DNA of 64,000 bases from Sulfolobaceae archaeon. GTDB lineage: Archaea; Thermoproteota; Thermoprotei_A; Sulfolobales; Sulfolobaceae. Below the pieces are notes generated by a model. That model saw nothing but the letters and a program-made list of their open reading frames with translations, did no database searches and was not told the origin of the DNA. Positions within the stretch are counted from its first letter, which is position 1. Each line of letters opens with the position of its first letter. The stretch lies in assembly GCA_038893355.1 (NCBI GenBank), contig JAWARQ010000004.1, forward strand, positions 64,001 through 128,000, read 5' to 3'. The translations under genes and the position numbers were made by a program. Shown piece by piece: positions 18,314-29,965 of the stretch.

Positions 18314-19563
18314 AAGTTTCCAATATAAATTTTTAATACTAAATTTCCAATATAAATTATATATAAATAATATATTATAACATTAATAATTAGGATAGGA
18401 AAAGTGTATTTTATAAATTCGAAGAACTCAAAGCCTTTTCCTCCTCTCGTCTCTGAAGCTTCTGAAATTATTATATTACTAGCTGCACCAAGTACTGTAA
18501 AATTTCCAGCTATTGTACTTCCTGCTGCAAGCGCTAATAATTCTAATGGTCCTAAATGGTTTTGATATGCTGCTAAAATTAATGCTACTAATGGCACGTT
18601 ACTTATTAGTTGACTTACTATGATACTTACTAAAAAGATACTTAGTATTGAGTCTAAAGGGAAATATTGTGTTATAAATTGAACTACTCCACCTTTTACT
18701 AGTCCTTCAGTGAAAATGAATAAGTTAATAAAGAAAATGATAGTCATCCAATCCATGTTTTTTACAATTTCTCTTCTCTTACTAGTTAATAATAGTAGTA
18801 TAGTTGAAGTTATTATACTTGCTAATAATATATCTATTTTTAAAAGACTAAATATGAAAAATAATATAATTGTTATTATTAATAAAATTAAAGATAATTT
18901 AGCTAATTTTTCATCATGTATTTTTATATTTGTAAGTTCTATTTTATTTACATCATAATTTTTCATCATATTTTTAAAAAATAAATAAATAATAGGATAG
19001 CTTAATAGAATGTTAATAATTGTTGGTATTCCAAGAACTAATATGAAGGTTATGAAAGGCGAGGGAAGCCCTTGAGATAATGCTATCAATAAGTTTTGTG
19101 GGTTTCCAGTAGGTAACATTACACTTCCAATAGTGACTCCCATAGCTATAGTATACAATAATGGTATTTCGCTTATCCCCTTAAGCTTACTTATTTCTAA
19201 AATTACTGGAGTAAAACTTGCAGCAACGCCATCATTAGTTATTAAATTTGATAAGATTGCTGAATAGAGAAATAAAAAGAATAACATCGTTTTTGAATTA
19301 TTATACTTTGTTACTATCCTATAAGCTATGTAAGAAAGAAAACCCGAAATTTCTAAAGCTGAGGCGAATATAAAAAGTGTAATTAAAAATAATATTACAC
19401 TAAGGTTGATAGATTGTAAAGCTTCATTTAAACTTAAAGTTCCTGAGGTCAGCATAAGCATTGCTCCTAAACTCATTATAACCCAAGGTGGAATTTTTAT
19501 TAATTTTCTAAATATTAAGATAGAATATACTATTATAGCGATAATTAATACTACTAAATTCAC
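18310..19563 (-). CDS. ArsB/NhaD/SLC13-family anion permease
   Basis: TND, GNPQN, ISNVP and G..SN motifs, with many TM helices. Confidence 0.82.
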   Translation of the reverse strand: MNLVVLIIAIIVYSILIFRKLIKIPPWVIMSLGAMLMLTSGTLSLNEALQSINLSVILFLITLFIFASALEISGFLSYIAYRIVTKYNNSKTMLFFLFLYSAILSNLITNDGVAASFTPVILEISKLKGISEIPLLYTIAMGVTIGSVMLPTGNPQNLLIALSQGLPSPFITFILVLGIPTIINILLSYPIIYLFFKNMMKNYDVNKIELTNIKIHDEKLAKLSLILLIITIILFFIFSLLKIDILLASIITSTILLLLTSKRREIVKNMDWMTIIFFINLFIFTEGLVKGGVVQFITQYFPLDSILSIFLVSIIVSQLISNVPLVALILAAYQNHLGPLELLALAAGSTIAGNFTVLGAASNIIISEASETRGGKGFEFFEFIKYTFPILIINVIIYYLYIIYIGNLVLKIYIGNF

Positions 19564-19633
19564 GAGTGCATATGAAGTAGCTTAAACATAAAAAATTAGT
19601 CTAGTAGTAGTTACTTAGTAGTATGTGATATTT

Positions 19634-21328
19634 ATGAATGAAATAGAAGAGACGATTTATAAGTATGCATTATTGAATGCTGTAAAATATAACGGTAAAG
19701 CAGACTTAAAGGCTGTTAATAATAAAATATTTCAAGAAAGACCCGATTTAAGGAAAAATGCAAGAGAAATAGTTAAATTAGTTGAGCAGATCGTTGCAAG
19801 AGTAAATTCAATGACATTAGAAGAGCAAAGAAGAGAATTAGAAAGTAAATATCCAGAATTATTAGAAGGTGAAAAGAAAGTTGAAAGTAAGAAGAGTTTA
19901 CCACCCTTACCTAATGTTAAAGGTATCGTTATAACAAGATTTGCCCCAAATCCTGATGGTCCGCTACATTTGGGAAATGCAAGGGCAGCAATTCTTTCTT
20001 ATGAGTACGCTAGAATGTATAATGGAAAGTTCATTCTTAGATTTGATGATACTGATCCTAAAATAAAGAAACCAGTATTAGAGGCTTATGAATGGATTAA
20101 AGAGGATTTAGAATGGTTAGGGATAAAATGGGATGCAATAATAACGGCGTCGAGCAGATTGGTAAGATATTATGAGATAGTAAGAGAATTAATAAGTAAA
20201 GGACACGCATATGTCGATATTTGTAAGGAAGAGGAATTTAAAAAATATCGTAATAGTGGTTTAGCATGTCCTCATAGATCTCAAGATATTAATACTAACC
20301 TTGAATTATGGGAAAAGATGTTAAATGGTGAATTTAGAGAAGGTGAAGCAGTAGTTAGAATAAAAACGGATCTTTCTGATCCAGATCCTTCACAAAGAGA
20401 TTGGGTTATGATTAGGATAATTGATACTAAGAGGAATCCACATCCTCTAGTAGGTGATAAATTTCATTTATGGCCAACTTATAACTTTGCAAGTTCAGTA
20501 GATGATCATGACTTAAATGTGACCCATATTTTAAGAGCTAAAGAACATATGGCTAATACTGCTAAGCAGAGATGGATATTTGGCTATATGAATTGGGAAA
20601 TGCCTACGGTATTAGAATTTGGTAGGCTTAAATTAGAAGGTTTTATGATGAGTAAGTCTAAGATAAAGCTTCTACTTGAAAAGGGTATTACTAGAGATGA
20701 TCCACGCCTACCAACCCTTTCTGCGTTAAGGAGGAGGGGTATTTTACCTGAGACAATAAAGGAGATAATAATTGATGTGGGTTTAAAGGTAAATGATGCT
20801 ACTATTAGTTTTGAGAATATAGCTGCAATAAATAGGAAAAAGATAGATAGTATTGCCGAAAGGATAATGTTTGTAAAAAATCCTAAGCCTTTCATCTTAG
20901 ATATTCCCAATAAGATTACTGCCACAATTCAAGTTAGTCCTAGCTCTAAAGAAGTTAGGGTAATAGAGGTGGAACCACAAGATGTAATTTTATTAGATAT
21001 AGATGATGTTAAAGAGGTTAAGAAGGTTAGGCTTATGGAACTTTGCAATGTAGAGATTAAAGGTGATAGATTATTATACATAAGTAAGGATTTAAATGAT
21101 GCTAAGAGGGAGGGATTAAAGATAATACAATGGGTTAAGAAGAGTGAGGGAGTAAAAACTGATGTAATAATTCCTAATGGTGATGAATTAAAAATAGAAG
21201 AGGGATACTCAGAAAGCTATATTAAGAAGTTAGGTTCAAATAAGGTGGTCCAGTTTGTAAGATATGGTTTTGTTAGGATAGAAGAGATTAGAGAAGATAG
21301 AGTGAGGACCATCTTCTCGCATTCCTAA
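19634..21328 (+). CDS. gltX: Glutamyl-tRNA synthetase (archaeal)
   Basis: TRFAPNP.GPLHLGN, RFDDTDP and MSKS. Confidence 0.96.
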   Translation: MNEIEETIYKYALLNAVKYNGKADLKAVNNKIFQERPDLRKNAREIVKLVEQIVARVNSMTLEEQRRELESKYPELLEGEKKVESKKSLPPLPNVKGIVITRFAPNPDGPLHLGNARAAILSYEYARMYNGKFILRFDDTDPKIKKPVLEAYEWIKEDLEWLGIKWDAIITASSRLVRYYEIVRELISKGHAYVDICKEEEFKKYRNSGLACPHRSQDINTNLELWEKMLNGEFREGEAVVRIKTDLSDPDPSQRDWVMIRIIDTKRNPHPLVGDKFHLWPTYNFASSVDDHDLNVTHILRAKEHMANTAKQRWIFGYMNWEMPTVLEFGRLKLEGFMMSKSKIKLLLEKGITRDDPRLPTLSALRRRGILPETIKEIIIDVGLKVNDATISFENIAAINRKKIDSIAERIMFVKNPKPFILDIPNKITATIQVSPSSKEVRVIEVEPQDVILLDIDDVKEVKKVRLMELCNVEIKGDRLLYISKDLNDAKREGLKIIQWVKKSEGVKTDVIIPNGDELKIEEGYSESYIKKLGSNKVVQFVRYGFVRIEEIREDRVRTIFSHS

Positions 21329-21378
21329 AAATTTAGATGTAAACAATTTTTTAAGCAAGGTAAAAATATTCTATACTT

Positions 21379-21407
21379 GCGTGACGAATAAGGAGGAGGA
21401 TGAACGC
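21379..21407 (+). promoter_or_regulatory. K-turn/K-loop in the rpl7ae 5' UTR (L7Ae autoregulation element)
   Basis: GCGT-GA ... GGAT-GA-ACGC forms a stem with tandem sheared GA pairs and encloses the GGAGG SD, immediately before ATG 21408. Confidence 0.75.
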
Positions 21408-21791
21408 ATGCCAGCAGGAAAACCGGCTTATGTAAAATTCGATGTACCGCAAGAATTAAGTGAGAAAGTTTTAGAGGCTGTAAGAAAGGCTAGAGAGACT
21501 GGTAAGATAAAGAAGGGTACAAATGAAACAACAAAAGCAGTAGAAAGAGGTCAAGCTAAGTTAGTAATTATAGCCGAAGATGTACAACCTGAAGAAATAG
21601 TTGAACATCTACCTCTTTTATGCGAAGAAAAGAAAATACCTTACGTTTATGTACCTTCAAAAAAGGCTTTAGGAGAAGCATGCGGAATTCAAGTTGCTGC
21701 TGCATCTGCAGCAATAATTGACCCTGGACAAGCTAAGGATCTAGTTGACGAAATAATTAAAAGGGTTAATGAAATAAAAAGTAAGGCATAA
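21408..21791 (+). CDS. rpl7ae: 50S ribosomal protein L7Ae
   Basis: [14 protein letters not shown] and IAEDV.PEEIV.HLP. Confidence 0.97.
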   Translation: MPAGKPAYVKFDVPQELSEKVLEAVRKARETGKIKKGTNETTKAVERGQAKLVIIAEDVQPEEIVEHLPLLCEEKKIPYVYVPSKKALGEACGIQVAAASAAIIDPGQAKDLVDEIIKRVNEIKSKA

Positions 21792-22676
21792 TTATTTTTT
21801 ATTTTTATCAATTACATCTTGAAAATTTATTAATACGCCTGGAGTTTTTGTAGGTATTGATGATTGTATATCTTCAGAATAACTTACAAGTTCTGAAAAT
21901 AATTTGTTATTTATAATATTTAAAATGCCAAATACTTCATTGTCTTTTATCGGTTCAATAAATTCTACCTTTCTACCTTCAGCATAAAGTAAAAGAGGCC
22001 AACTTTTAAGGAACTTCGGAATTAGTATTTTTCCATTCTCTCTTGTTATTTCCTTTAAGTACGCTCTTATCCAAGATTTCATGTTTGTAATAATTACCAT
22101 TTCCCATTCTCTCTTTAATTCCTTTATTAACTCTACGCCCTCGTATTTGATATTATACTCATTCTCTTTGTATATTGATATTCTCTTAACTCTATCTCTC
22201 AATGCTCTTACTAACAATGCCGTAAGGATTCCATTACCTATTACTAGTAGATCGTCTGTGTTTATTTTTTCAATTATTTGTTTTACAATACTTAAATGCG
22301 GATAGAAGATTATCCTATTATCCCTTGCAAGTTCTTCAGTTATTGGTACTATCGAATCTTCTGGTATTATAGGTCTCTCTGCAAGAATACCATCTATTTC
22401 ACTACCTAGTCCCCCATATTTCTTAGAATAACCTAATGTTACTGCATATTTTCCCTCCTGAGATTTATCGGCATCTAACCCACTTCTAAGTATTTTTACT
22501 ATTCCAAAAGTACCTAATACTCTTTGGGGCTCTACCCAGAGTAATCCTAAGTATATTGCATTTTCTATTCCATCTAGTAATACCTTTTCAGTTTTTACTT
22601 GATAATAATCTCTGTATAATGGCCTTTCTACTACATCCATTACATTAATACCTTGGTTGAATATGATTGCTAACAT
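21792..22676 (-). CDS. Divergent MDR/alcohol-dehydrogenase-like protein
   Basis: GroES-like N-terminus, G....DG..AE and a Rossmann-like VIG.G. No Zn-ligand Cys. Confidence 0.5.
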   Translation of the reverse strand: MLAIIFNQGINVMDVVERPLYRDYYQVKTEKVLLDGIENAIYLGLLWVEPQRVLGTFGIVKILRSGLDADKSQEGKYAVTLGYSKKYGGLGSEIDGILAERPIIPEDSIVPITEELARDNRIIFYPHLSIVKQIIEKINTDDLLVIGNGILTALLVRALRDRVKRISIYKENEYNIKYEGVELIKELKREWEMVIITNMKSWIRAYLKEITRENGKILIPKFLKSWPLLLYAEGRKVEFIEPIKDNEVFGILNIINNKLFSELVSYSEDIQSSIPTKTPGVLINFQDVIDKNKK

Positions 22677-22728
22677 TCAAATTCTGAATTCTATTTATCT
22701 TTTAATGTCTTTTGCTCTTATACTCTTA

Positions 22729-23049
22729 ATGAAAGTTGTGCACAATATAAGTAAAGAGGCTAGATCAAAAATTATAATGTTACTGCTTGAAAATAGATCA
22801 AAAGAATCTTTAGCAAGAGAATTAGGAATAACATCTACTGCAATTAACAAATTCTTAAAGGGAATAACTCATCCAAGTGATAATACTATAATTAAGGCAA
22901 TTAATATAGCTACTGAAGATGAGAAAGTAAAAATATATAAAATTATTATTAACGATTTAATAACTAGCTTAAAAGATTTTTTAAATACAACTGAAATACC
23001 AAATAAGGATAAAATTCTTAAAGAAGAAATAATTTCTAAACTTTCCTAG
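22729..23049 (+). CDS. XRE-type helix-turn-helix protein
   Basis: LARELGIT..AI.KFL.G..HPSD. Start placed at ATG 22729. Confidence 0.75.
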   Translation: MKVVHNISKEARSKIIMLLLENRSKESLARELGITSTAINKFLKGITHPSDNTIIKAINIATEDEKVKIYKIIINDLITSLKDFLNTTEIPNKDKILKEEIISKLS

Positions 23050-23413
23050 ATTCATATAATGGACAAGTTATGCATATATCATAATATTTTGTTACGATTA
23101 CTCTTTTAGTACCATCTGGAGGAGTATATACTGCATCTTCTGGTATCCCTATTCTTACAGGATCGGAAATATTCCAGGCGTTACAAATTCCATTATTTAC
23201 ATGTTTACATGTTCTTGATTTCCAAGATCCTTGCAATTTAGCTAATGATAACCATTTCTCTATTACCTCGAGTCTTTGTAAGATTTTTTTATGTTCTTCA
23301 GTATTTTCTTCTTTTAGAGACCTTAGGTTTTCCGCGAGATTTCTAACTTCACTTTCTAGTTCCGAAGCTGAAATTAATGTTACGTTTGTATTAAGTACTT
23401 CTTCTACAGACAT
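23036..23413 (-). CDS. Hypothetical coiled-coil protein with C-terminal 4-Cys motif
   Basis: CKH....IC ... CITCPLY. Confidence 0.6.
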   Translation of the reverse strand: MSVEEVLNTNVTLISASELESEVRNLAENLRSLKEENTEEHKKILQRLEVIEKWLSLAKLQGSWKSRTCKHVNNGICNAWNISDPVRIGIPEDAVYTPPDGTKRVIVTKYYDICITCPLYESRKV

Positions 23414-23475
23414 GTTAAATATCTGTTGTAATATCCTTTTTAAGCAGTTTAGCTAAATTCTTGTAGTAGGTTACA

Positions 23476-24183
23476 ATGGTAAAGTCGATTTATAGGGATA
23501 GAATTAGTACGTTAATAGAAATTTGGGGATATATTACTCAGAACTATGAGAGTTTAGATAGAGAAAAATTAGTAGGGATATTGAGGGAGAATTATGAAAA
23601 GAAAGGCTTAAAACCATTTAGAGGGTTTAAAGTAGATAACCTTTACGAGAAGGAGTTGATAAGTCTTTATGTAATAGGTAAGGACGGTCTAAATTTATAT
23701 AATGAATATAAAGATTTATTTCAAAAATTATTTAAAAATGAAATAAACTATGAATATTCTTTAGAACTTATCAATCAAGATCCTATTGTAGCGTATAAGT
23801 TTCTAGGTGAAGATAAGGAAGGCCTAGCGAGAGCTTTAAGACTGGTATTTACTAGAGTAATATTTGAATTCGTACCAGAAGAAAGTTTATTTGAAAAATT
23901 GCGCAGATTATATAATGTAGAAGTAGATAGTATAAAGCATACTGCAATTAGCTTTGCTAGATTTTATTCAGCTTTTAAGATAGCAGAAGGGATAGCCGAG
24001 GGCAAAATAACAAATAAAACTGTTTTGGACGCTACACGAAAGGCTTTAGCTATAAGTATTGGAATAAAATATCCATTACCTAAAGACAGTTATATCCAGC
24101 TGATAGCTAAAGAAGTATTTAATGTATCGGATAATTTAATTAAGAGAAGTTTTTCGAATTTCAAGATTATTAAGAAGAGATAA
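23476..24183 (+). CDS. Conserved crenarchaeal protein (DUF2192-like)
   Basis: Recognised motifs P.RG...LYEKEL.SLY.IGK.GL and FYSAFK.AE.IA.G. Confidence 0.6.
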   Translation: MVKSIYRDRISTLIEIWGYITQNYESLDREKLVGILRENYEKKGLKPFRGFKVDNLYEKELISLYVIGKDGLNLYNEYKDLFQKLFKNEINYEYSLELINQDPIVAYKFLGEDKEGLARALRLVFTRVIFEFVPEESLFEKLRRLYNVEVDSIKHTAISFARFYSAFKIAEGIAEGKITNKTVLDATRKALAISIGIKYPLPKDSYIQLIAKEVFNVSDNLIKRSFSNFKIIKKR

Positions 24184-24218
24184 CATTATAGTCCCAAATA
24201 TTATAATTATAATTTAGA

Positions 24219-25112
24219 ATGCAGAATCTAAGCTTAACCCAACGTGAGATTTTACTAGCATTGATAGAATTATATAATAGAACAAAGAGGATGATAAAGA
24301 GTAAGGAAATTGCAGAGATGATAGGTAAAGATGAAGGTACAGTAAGGAATATTGTACTCAGTCTAAAGGTACTTGGATTAATAGAATCTAAGCCAGGTCC
24401 TAATGGGGGTTATATTCCTACTTTAAAGGCCTATGAAATAATTAAAAATCCTACAATAGTACCTACAATAGATAAGTTAAGTGTCTATAAGGGTATTTTA
24501 GAATTAGATATTAAGGTAAAAAATATTGAAATATTAGATATAACAAATCCTAGTAGTAATAAAGTTATATTGAAGGCTAGCGGTGATTTAAAAAAGATTA
24601 AGGTTGGAGATAATATAAGAATAGGGCCTACACCGTATACTAGACTTATTATAGAAGGTATTGTATTAGAGGTAGACGAGGATAGAGGAGAGGTAGTCGT
24701 TGATGTCCGAAGAATGGTCAGTATACCAAGATTTAAAGTTAAGAACTTAATAGCAAGAAATCTTGTAGTTCTAAAGCCAGAAATGAAATTGAAAGAAGCT
24801 TCACTTATATTCTATAAAGAAGGAATTAGAGGTGCTCCAGTAGTTAATAATGAGAATAAAGTTATAGGAATTTTGACAATGGCTGATATAATAAAGGCGT
24901 TTTTTGAAGGAAATTATGATGCGCTTGTTAGTGATTATATGAAGACTAATGTAATAACTATTAAAGATGAAGATGATATATTAGACGCTATAAGGAAAAT
25001 GTTAATATATAATGTAGGAAGACTAGTAGTAGTAGATTCACAACAACAAACTGTTGGTATAATAACCAGGACAGATATTTTAAGGAATATAGCTGGGATA
25101 GAAGGGATATGA
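24219..25112 (+). CDS. Winged-HTH plus CBS-pair transcriptional regulator
   Basis: EGTVRN....L..LGL.ES.PGP.GGY.PT, followed by two C-terminal CBS domains. Confidence 0.85.
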   Translation: MQNLSLTQREILLALIELYNRTKRMIKSKEIAEMIGKDEGTVRNIVLSLKVLGLIESKPGPNGGYIPTLKAYEIIKNPTIVPTIDKLSVYKGILELDIKVKNIEILDITNPSSNKVILKASGDLKKIKVGDNIRIGPTPYTRLIIEGIVLEVDEDRGEVVVDVRRMVSIPRFKVKNLIARNLVVLKPEMKLKEASLIFYKEGIRGAPVVNNENKVIGILTMADIIKAFFEGNYDALVSDYMKTNVITIKDEDDILDAIRKMLIYNVGRLVVVDSQQQTVGIITRTDILRNIAGIEGI

Positions 25113-25450
25113 TAGAAAGGTGTGGTGTGGTAGTAGATAATACTTTCTATGAAATTAAAAATATAGCATCTAATCCCGAGAACGAATTCATAATGGATCC
25201 TATCGAGCTTTATAATATATTAAAAAAGGAAAATGCAAATTTACAATTTATTGTACACACTCATCGGGATAATTGTCTACCAAGTCATAAAGATTTGAAT
25301 AGTATGATGATATGGAGAATACCATGGATAATTCTTTCAAAGAATTGTGTAAAAGGATACTATTATTCAGTTTTCGGTGTACTTGAGTTCGATGTCATAA
25401 CCCTTTTGCCTAAGGAAGTCTATCACTCTCTCATGAAGCTCCTTGAGTAA
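25109..25450 (+). CDS. JAMM/MPN+ metalloprotease
   Basis: E.CG near the N-terminus and H-T-H-x7-S-x2-D. Confidence 0.8.
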   Translation: MIERCGVVVDNTFYEIKNIASNPENEFIMDPIELYNILKKENANLQFIVHTHRDNCLPSHKDLNSMMIWRIPWIILSKNCVKGYYYSVFGVLEFDVITLLPKEVYHSLMKLLE

Positions 25451-27994
25451 TCTTCTTTTATCTTCAGCAAGTACTATATCTGCATATTCTTTAAGTATTA
25501 TGTTATGTGCAAAAGGACTAGGAACTGAATTAGGACCAATTTTCACTACTCTTATCTCCCCATTTTTAATCTTGCTCAAAACTTCCATTGCATGCTTTAT
25601 ATCCATGTAATCTTCTAAGATTTCCCTTATTGTCTCTTTAAGAATTGGAAAATCCTTAATTTCTTTAATTACTGATAATAATACCTCAGAATTTACTTGT
25701 CTTCTGTCAATACTAGTCTCCCTTCCTTTATACCTTTTTAATATCATAAAGGATCGTTCTGCACAATGTCTAAATCTTCTCTTTAAAAGTTCAGTTCTAA
25801 GTATTACATTACTTAAGACGTTATAAAGTTCGTTTACCTCTAATTTATTAAATACATCTTCTATATTATAATCAATTAAATCTGGAAGAATTATTGCAAA
25901 ACCGTTATCAGTTACTGATATCCTTATGTCTTTAGAGAGATCTTTAGAGACTACGTAGGCAACAGCTCTTGAGAGTGCATCGTTAGTTCTTCTTCCTACG
26001 AGCGTATGGAAAATGAAGTATCTTCTATCCTCTTCATCATCATATATTTCTATTAATAATAGCTCATCAGATGGTACTATCCCACCTGTAAAGAGATATT
26101 GCTCATAAATGTAAGTATATATTGATTGTGCTGCAGACTTCGAGATTTCATATTCTTTTTGAATATAATTTATTATTTTCTCAGCACTTATGCCTTCCAT
26201 TATCATCTTTGCTATTAGTCCTCTAAATTTTGCAATTTCTATTGCAGAATCATAAGCTAATGGTAACATTTCTGAGTACCAACTAGGTACGGTAGGTCTT
26301 TGTCCTTCTGCCATTCTAACTATTACCATATTTGGTCTACTTGTAACGAACTCATAAGTTCTTCCGCCTAGAACAAATATGTCTCCAGGGGTTAGTATTT
26401 CTACGAACTCCTCTTCAAGATTTCCAACATACTTTTTATCCTCAGTAAAGACAGGTATTTTTGCTTCATCAGGTATTGTCCCACTATTTCCTAAAAAGAT
26501 CATTCTGGCACCCATTTTCATCTTTATATTTCCGTCATCGTAAAGTCTAATTTTAGAATAAACCTTTTGATTCTCTAATTCATACCTTCCTGCTAAATAA
26601 TTAATTACGTTTTCGTAATCTTCTTTACTCAATTCCCAATAATTATAAGCCCTTTTTATTACTTCATATAATTTATCTTTGTTTATTGTAGAAATTAAGG
26701 AAGCAGCAACAATAAGTTGAGTAAGTACATCTAGTGGATTTTTTGGTATATGGATTTTATCAATTTTTCTTTCTCTAGCTAGTTTTGCTAAAACTGTACA
26801 TTCAACTAGATCATCCCTATCTACAACTACTATTCTACCTTTACTTATACTTCTAATATGATGACCAGCCCTTCCTATTCTTTGTAATAGTCTACTTACA
26901 CTTTTCGGACTACTTAATAAGATCACTAAATCAATATAACCTATATCAATACCCAATTCAAGACTAGTAGAAGATACAACTACTTTTAATTCTCCTCGTT
27001 TTAATTTCTCTTCTACCTCTAGTCTTATATCTCTGCTTAGACTACTATGGTGTGCTTCAATTTCATTAGAATTTATTATTGCTTCAGTTTCGTTTATCTT
27101 TTTAAGTTTATAAGCTACTTTTTCAGTAGCATGTCTTGTATTTGTAAATATTAATGTAGTTCTATGCTTTTTAATCTCTTCCAATAGGGTTTTATAGATT
27201 CCTTTTTCTATTTCATCTTCTGTTGAATGAATAAGATCTTTTACGGGTGTAATTACTTTTATATCTACTGGTTTCGAGAATCTCGCATCAGCTATAACGC
27301 ACTCTCCATCAATTCCAGTAAGAAATTTCGCTAATTCTTCTAATGGTGCTACGGTTGCACTTAATCCTACTCTAATAAACTTCTCTTTTGCTAAGAGTTC
27401 TTTAAATATTTCTAAAAGACCAAGAAGATATGCACCCCTTTTACTACTAGCTATCTCATGAATTTCATCGATTATAATCCATCTCACATTTCTTAGCTTT
27501 TCCTTGAATTTATATGAAACCAGGGAATTTGCAAAAGATTCTGGTGTAGTTATAAGTATGTGTGGCGGAGTTTTTAGCATCTTCTGTTTCTCATAAGAAC
27601 TAGTATCACTAGTCCTAACTGCTACTTTTATGTCTGGTATATTAGGATCGATAGATTTTATTTCTGATAGAGGTTCAATTAAATTTCTTCTCATATCATT
27701 ATTTAATGCTCTTAATGGGGAAATGTATACAGCGTAAATTTCGTTATCTAATTCACCTCTCTGTCCAAGTTCTATTAGTGAGTCTATTATCCCTAAGAAT
27801 GCTGCTAAAGTCTTTCCACTACCTGTTGGGCTTGAAACTAGAACGTTCTTCATTCTCTCTTTAATTATTGGAATAACCATTCTTTGAGGCGGTGTAAATT
27901 CTTTATATTTACTTCTAAACCATCTCCTAACAGGTTCTGTAAGTATTTTATATATTTCCTCATCGGGGTATTCAGTAGCATAAGTATAATTCAT
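25367..27994 (-). CDS. lhr: Lhr-family ATP-dependent helicase (Hel112/Saci_1500-like)
   Basis: PTGSGKT, DEIH, SAT, HHSSLS, QRIGRAGH and GTIPDE. Confidence 0.92.
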   Translation of the reverse strand: MNYTYATEYPDEEIYKILTEPVRRWFRSKYKEFTPPQRMVIPIIKERMKNVLVSSPTGSGKTLAAFLGIIDSLIELGQRGELDNEIYAVYISPLRALNNDMRRNLIEPLSEIKSIDPNIPDIKVAVRTSDTSSYEKQKMLKTPPHILITTPESFANSLVSYKFKEKLRNVRWIIIDEIHEIASSKRGAYLLGLLEIFKELLAKEKFIRVGLSATVAPLEELAKFLTGIDGECVIADARFSKPVDIKVITPVKDLIHSTEDEIEKGIYKTLLEEIKKHRTTLIFTNTRHATEKVAYKLKKINETEAIINSNEIEAHHSSLSRDIRLEVEEKLKRGELKVVVSSTSLELGIDIGYIDLVILLSSPKSVSRLLQRIGRAGHHIRSISKGRIVVVDRDDLVECTVLAKLARERKIDKIHIPKNPLDVLTQLIVAASLISTINKDKLYEVIKRAYNYWELSKEDYENVINYLAGRYELENQKVYSKIRLYDDGNIKMKMGARMIFLGNSGTIPDEAKIPVFTEDKKYVGNLEEEFVEILTPGDIFVLGGRTYEFVTSRPNMVIVRMAEGQRPTVPSWYSEMLPLAYDSAIEIAKFRGLIAKMIMEGISAEKIINYIQKEYEISKSAAQSIYTYIYEQYLFTGGIVPSDELLLIEIYDDEEDRRYFIFHTLVGRRTNDALSRAVAYVVSKDLSKDIRISVTDNGFAIILPDLIDYNIEDVFNKLEVNELYNVLSNVILRTELLKRRFRHCAERSFMILKRYKGRETSIDRRQVNSEVLLSVIKEIKDFPILKETIREILEDYMDIKHAMEVLSKIKNGEIRVVKIGPNSVPSPFAHNIILKEYADIVLAEDKRRLLKELHERVIDFLRQKGYDIELKYTEN

Positions 27995-28041
27995 ACTTAC
28001 TAGTATTTTGTGATGTTACTACCTTATAATAAAGTATATTA

Positions 28042-29415
28042 TCATAATTCTTTGAAAGTGGTATAATAAAAGGTGTATAAATACGCTAGGGAATAATAAA
28101 ATAGCCAAAATGTAGTTAAGATAGCGCCCTTAATTAAATATAAAATCATCTCAATAAGAAAGACTATTCCAAATATAAGAACAACATATATCTCCTTACC
28201 CTTAATTTTACTTCCACCTTTCGGAGTTACTTTATAGGTTCTATTCTTCTTAAAAGCATTAATTATACTAACTAAAATAAATGGAGAGATTGCTACGGTA
28301 TAAGCTGAAACTTTTCCTAAACTCATAAAGCTATCCTTATAACCTAAACCCATTTGCTTTCCAGTTTTTATATAGATATAAGCATAAGCTGCTAAAGATG
28401 AGACCCAAAGTGCGAATAAAGGGGAGGATAATGGGTCATTAGTAATAAAGTATATAGATGGTAATAGTAACGCAAAAATAAAAGTAAATACTATAGGTGT
28501 ATATTGTATTAAATAAAATAATATATCTATTTTATATAATAGATTATTTAACGAGATAATATTGTTAAATCTATAAATTAGAGTTTCTATAGTACCCATT
28601 GCCCATCTGGTTTGCTGGATTAAGAATGAAAAGAAATTATCGGGAACTTCAACTCTAACTATGGATTCAGAGGCACAGATTTTATATCCCTTGCTAATTA
28701 ATCTAGCACCTATTTCAAGATCATCTTGTATTAAATAAGGATCCCAACCATTAACTGCTTCCAATATCTTCCGTCGAAATATTGTACCACATCCTACTGG
28801 GAAAATCTTTAATCCTAAATTATAACGCCCGATGTGGAGAACTGTAGAACCAATTTCTGTAGAAATTATTAAGCCTCTTATTAAACTTGATGGATGGTTT
28901 TTAGAATAACCTCTCCACTTTAATGTAACTGCATCGCAATCGTTTAGCCTCATTAAATAATAGGCTTTTATTAGAGAATCTTTTTCAACTCTTGCATCAG
29001 CATCTAACGTTAATATCAATTCTCCTCTGCTTTTTTTAAAACCATATAACAATGCCCCACTCTTGTAGCCTATTCTCTCCTCTTTCTTTCTTAAATAAAC
29101 TTTTACAAACTCATATTTTGAAATTCGTGAAGTAAGCTCTCTTATGTACTCATCATCATCATCTGAAACGACAATTACTTCAAGTTTCTTTTTGTCCCAT
29201 ATCACTTCATTTAAATTTTTTAATAAATCTTCTATTGTTTCTATTTTTTCATTCTTTGTAGGTACTATTATTGATAATGTAGGAAATTCAGAGATATTTA
29301 TATCATTTAGATTATAATATTTATTTCCAAATTTATATAATATTACCTGATTTATTAAGAAAATAGAAGGATATATGTAAATGAAAAACTGAAATACTAA
29401 TTCATAGTAGTTCAT
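28042..29415 (-). CDS. GT2-family membrane glycosyltransferase
   Basis: K.GAL, DAD, QDD, Q..RW and VTPK. C-terminal TM helices. Confidence 0.88.
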   Translation of the reverse strand: MNYYELVFQFFIYIYPSIFLINQVILYKFGNKYYNLNDINISEFPTLSIIVPTKNEKIETIEDLLKNLNEVIWDKKKLEVIVVSDDDDEYIRELTSRISKYEFVKVYLRKKEERIGYKSGALLYGFKKSRGELILTLDADARVEKDSLIKAYYLMRLNDCDAVTLKWRGYSKNHPSSLIRGLIISTEIGSTVLHIGRYNLGLKIFPVGCGTIFRRKILEAVNGWDPYLIQDDLEIGARLISKGYKICASESIVRVEVPDNFFSFLIQQTRWAMGTIETLIYRFNNIISLNNLLYKIDILFYLIQYTPIVFTFIFALLLPSIYFITNDPLSSPLFALWVSSLAAYAYIYIKTGKQMGLGYKDSFMSLGKVSAYTVAISPFILVSIINAFKKNRTYKVTPKGGSKIKGKEIYVVLIFGIVFLIEMILYLIKGAILTTFWLFYYSLAYLYTFYYTTFKEL

Positions 29416-29965
29416 TTAATGGAAAAGTGAATTCAGGGATTATAAATCCATAGCTATGCCTAGTAGTCTTTGCCGGAAATACAACTCTCCTTTTAGCAAT
29501 CTCAATAATATATTCTCTCTCTACTTCGGGTAATTTATATCCTTCTCTATCGGATTTCTCTATAATATTGAATTTTTGTAATATAATATATAATTTCCAA
29601 TAAAATTTATAATAAGATTCTTCACATATTTTAAAATCATCAAAATTTATACATATATTTCCAATATAACTATAATAATTATTAATAATTTTTTTAAATA
29701 ATAATTTATTTTTTACTTTTATAAACCAATTTCCTACTTTAATTCTAGAATCTGTATAATCTATGTATATTACGGGAATTCTTTTTAATTTTAATAACCT
29801 TGATGCAAACCATCTATGATGCCCATCTATTATCACGTTAGAATTATAATCTACTATTATTGGCTTAAAGCTATTTGAAATTTTTATTATATTTAATATC
29901 TTTTCTAAATTATCTTCATTTACATCCTCATGAGGTAAAAGTTTGTGAGGTTCTACTAGAGCCAA
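29402..29965 (-). CDS. ParB/Srx N-terminal-domain protein
   Basis: PHE, PIIVD, IDGHHR and P.KTTRH. Confidence 0.8.
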   Translation of the reverse strand: MALVEPHKLLPHEDVNEDNLEKILNIIKISNSFKPIIVDYNSNVIIDGHHRWFASRLLKLKRIPVIYIDYTDSRIKVGNWFIKVKNKLLFKKIINNYYSYIGNICINFDDFKICEESYYKFYWKLYIILQKFNIIEKSDREGYKLPEVEREYIIEIAKRRVVFPAKTTRHSYGFIIPEFTFPLNELL

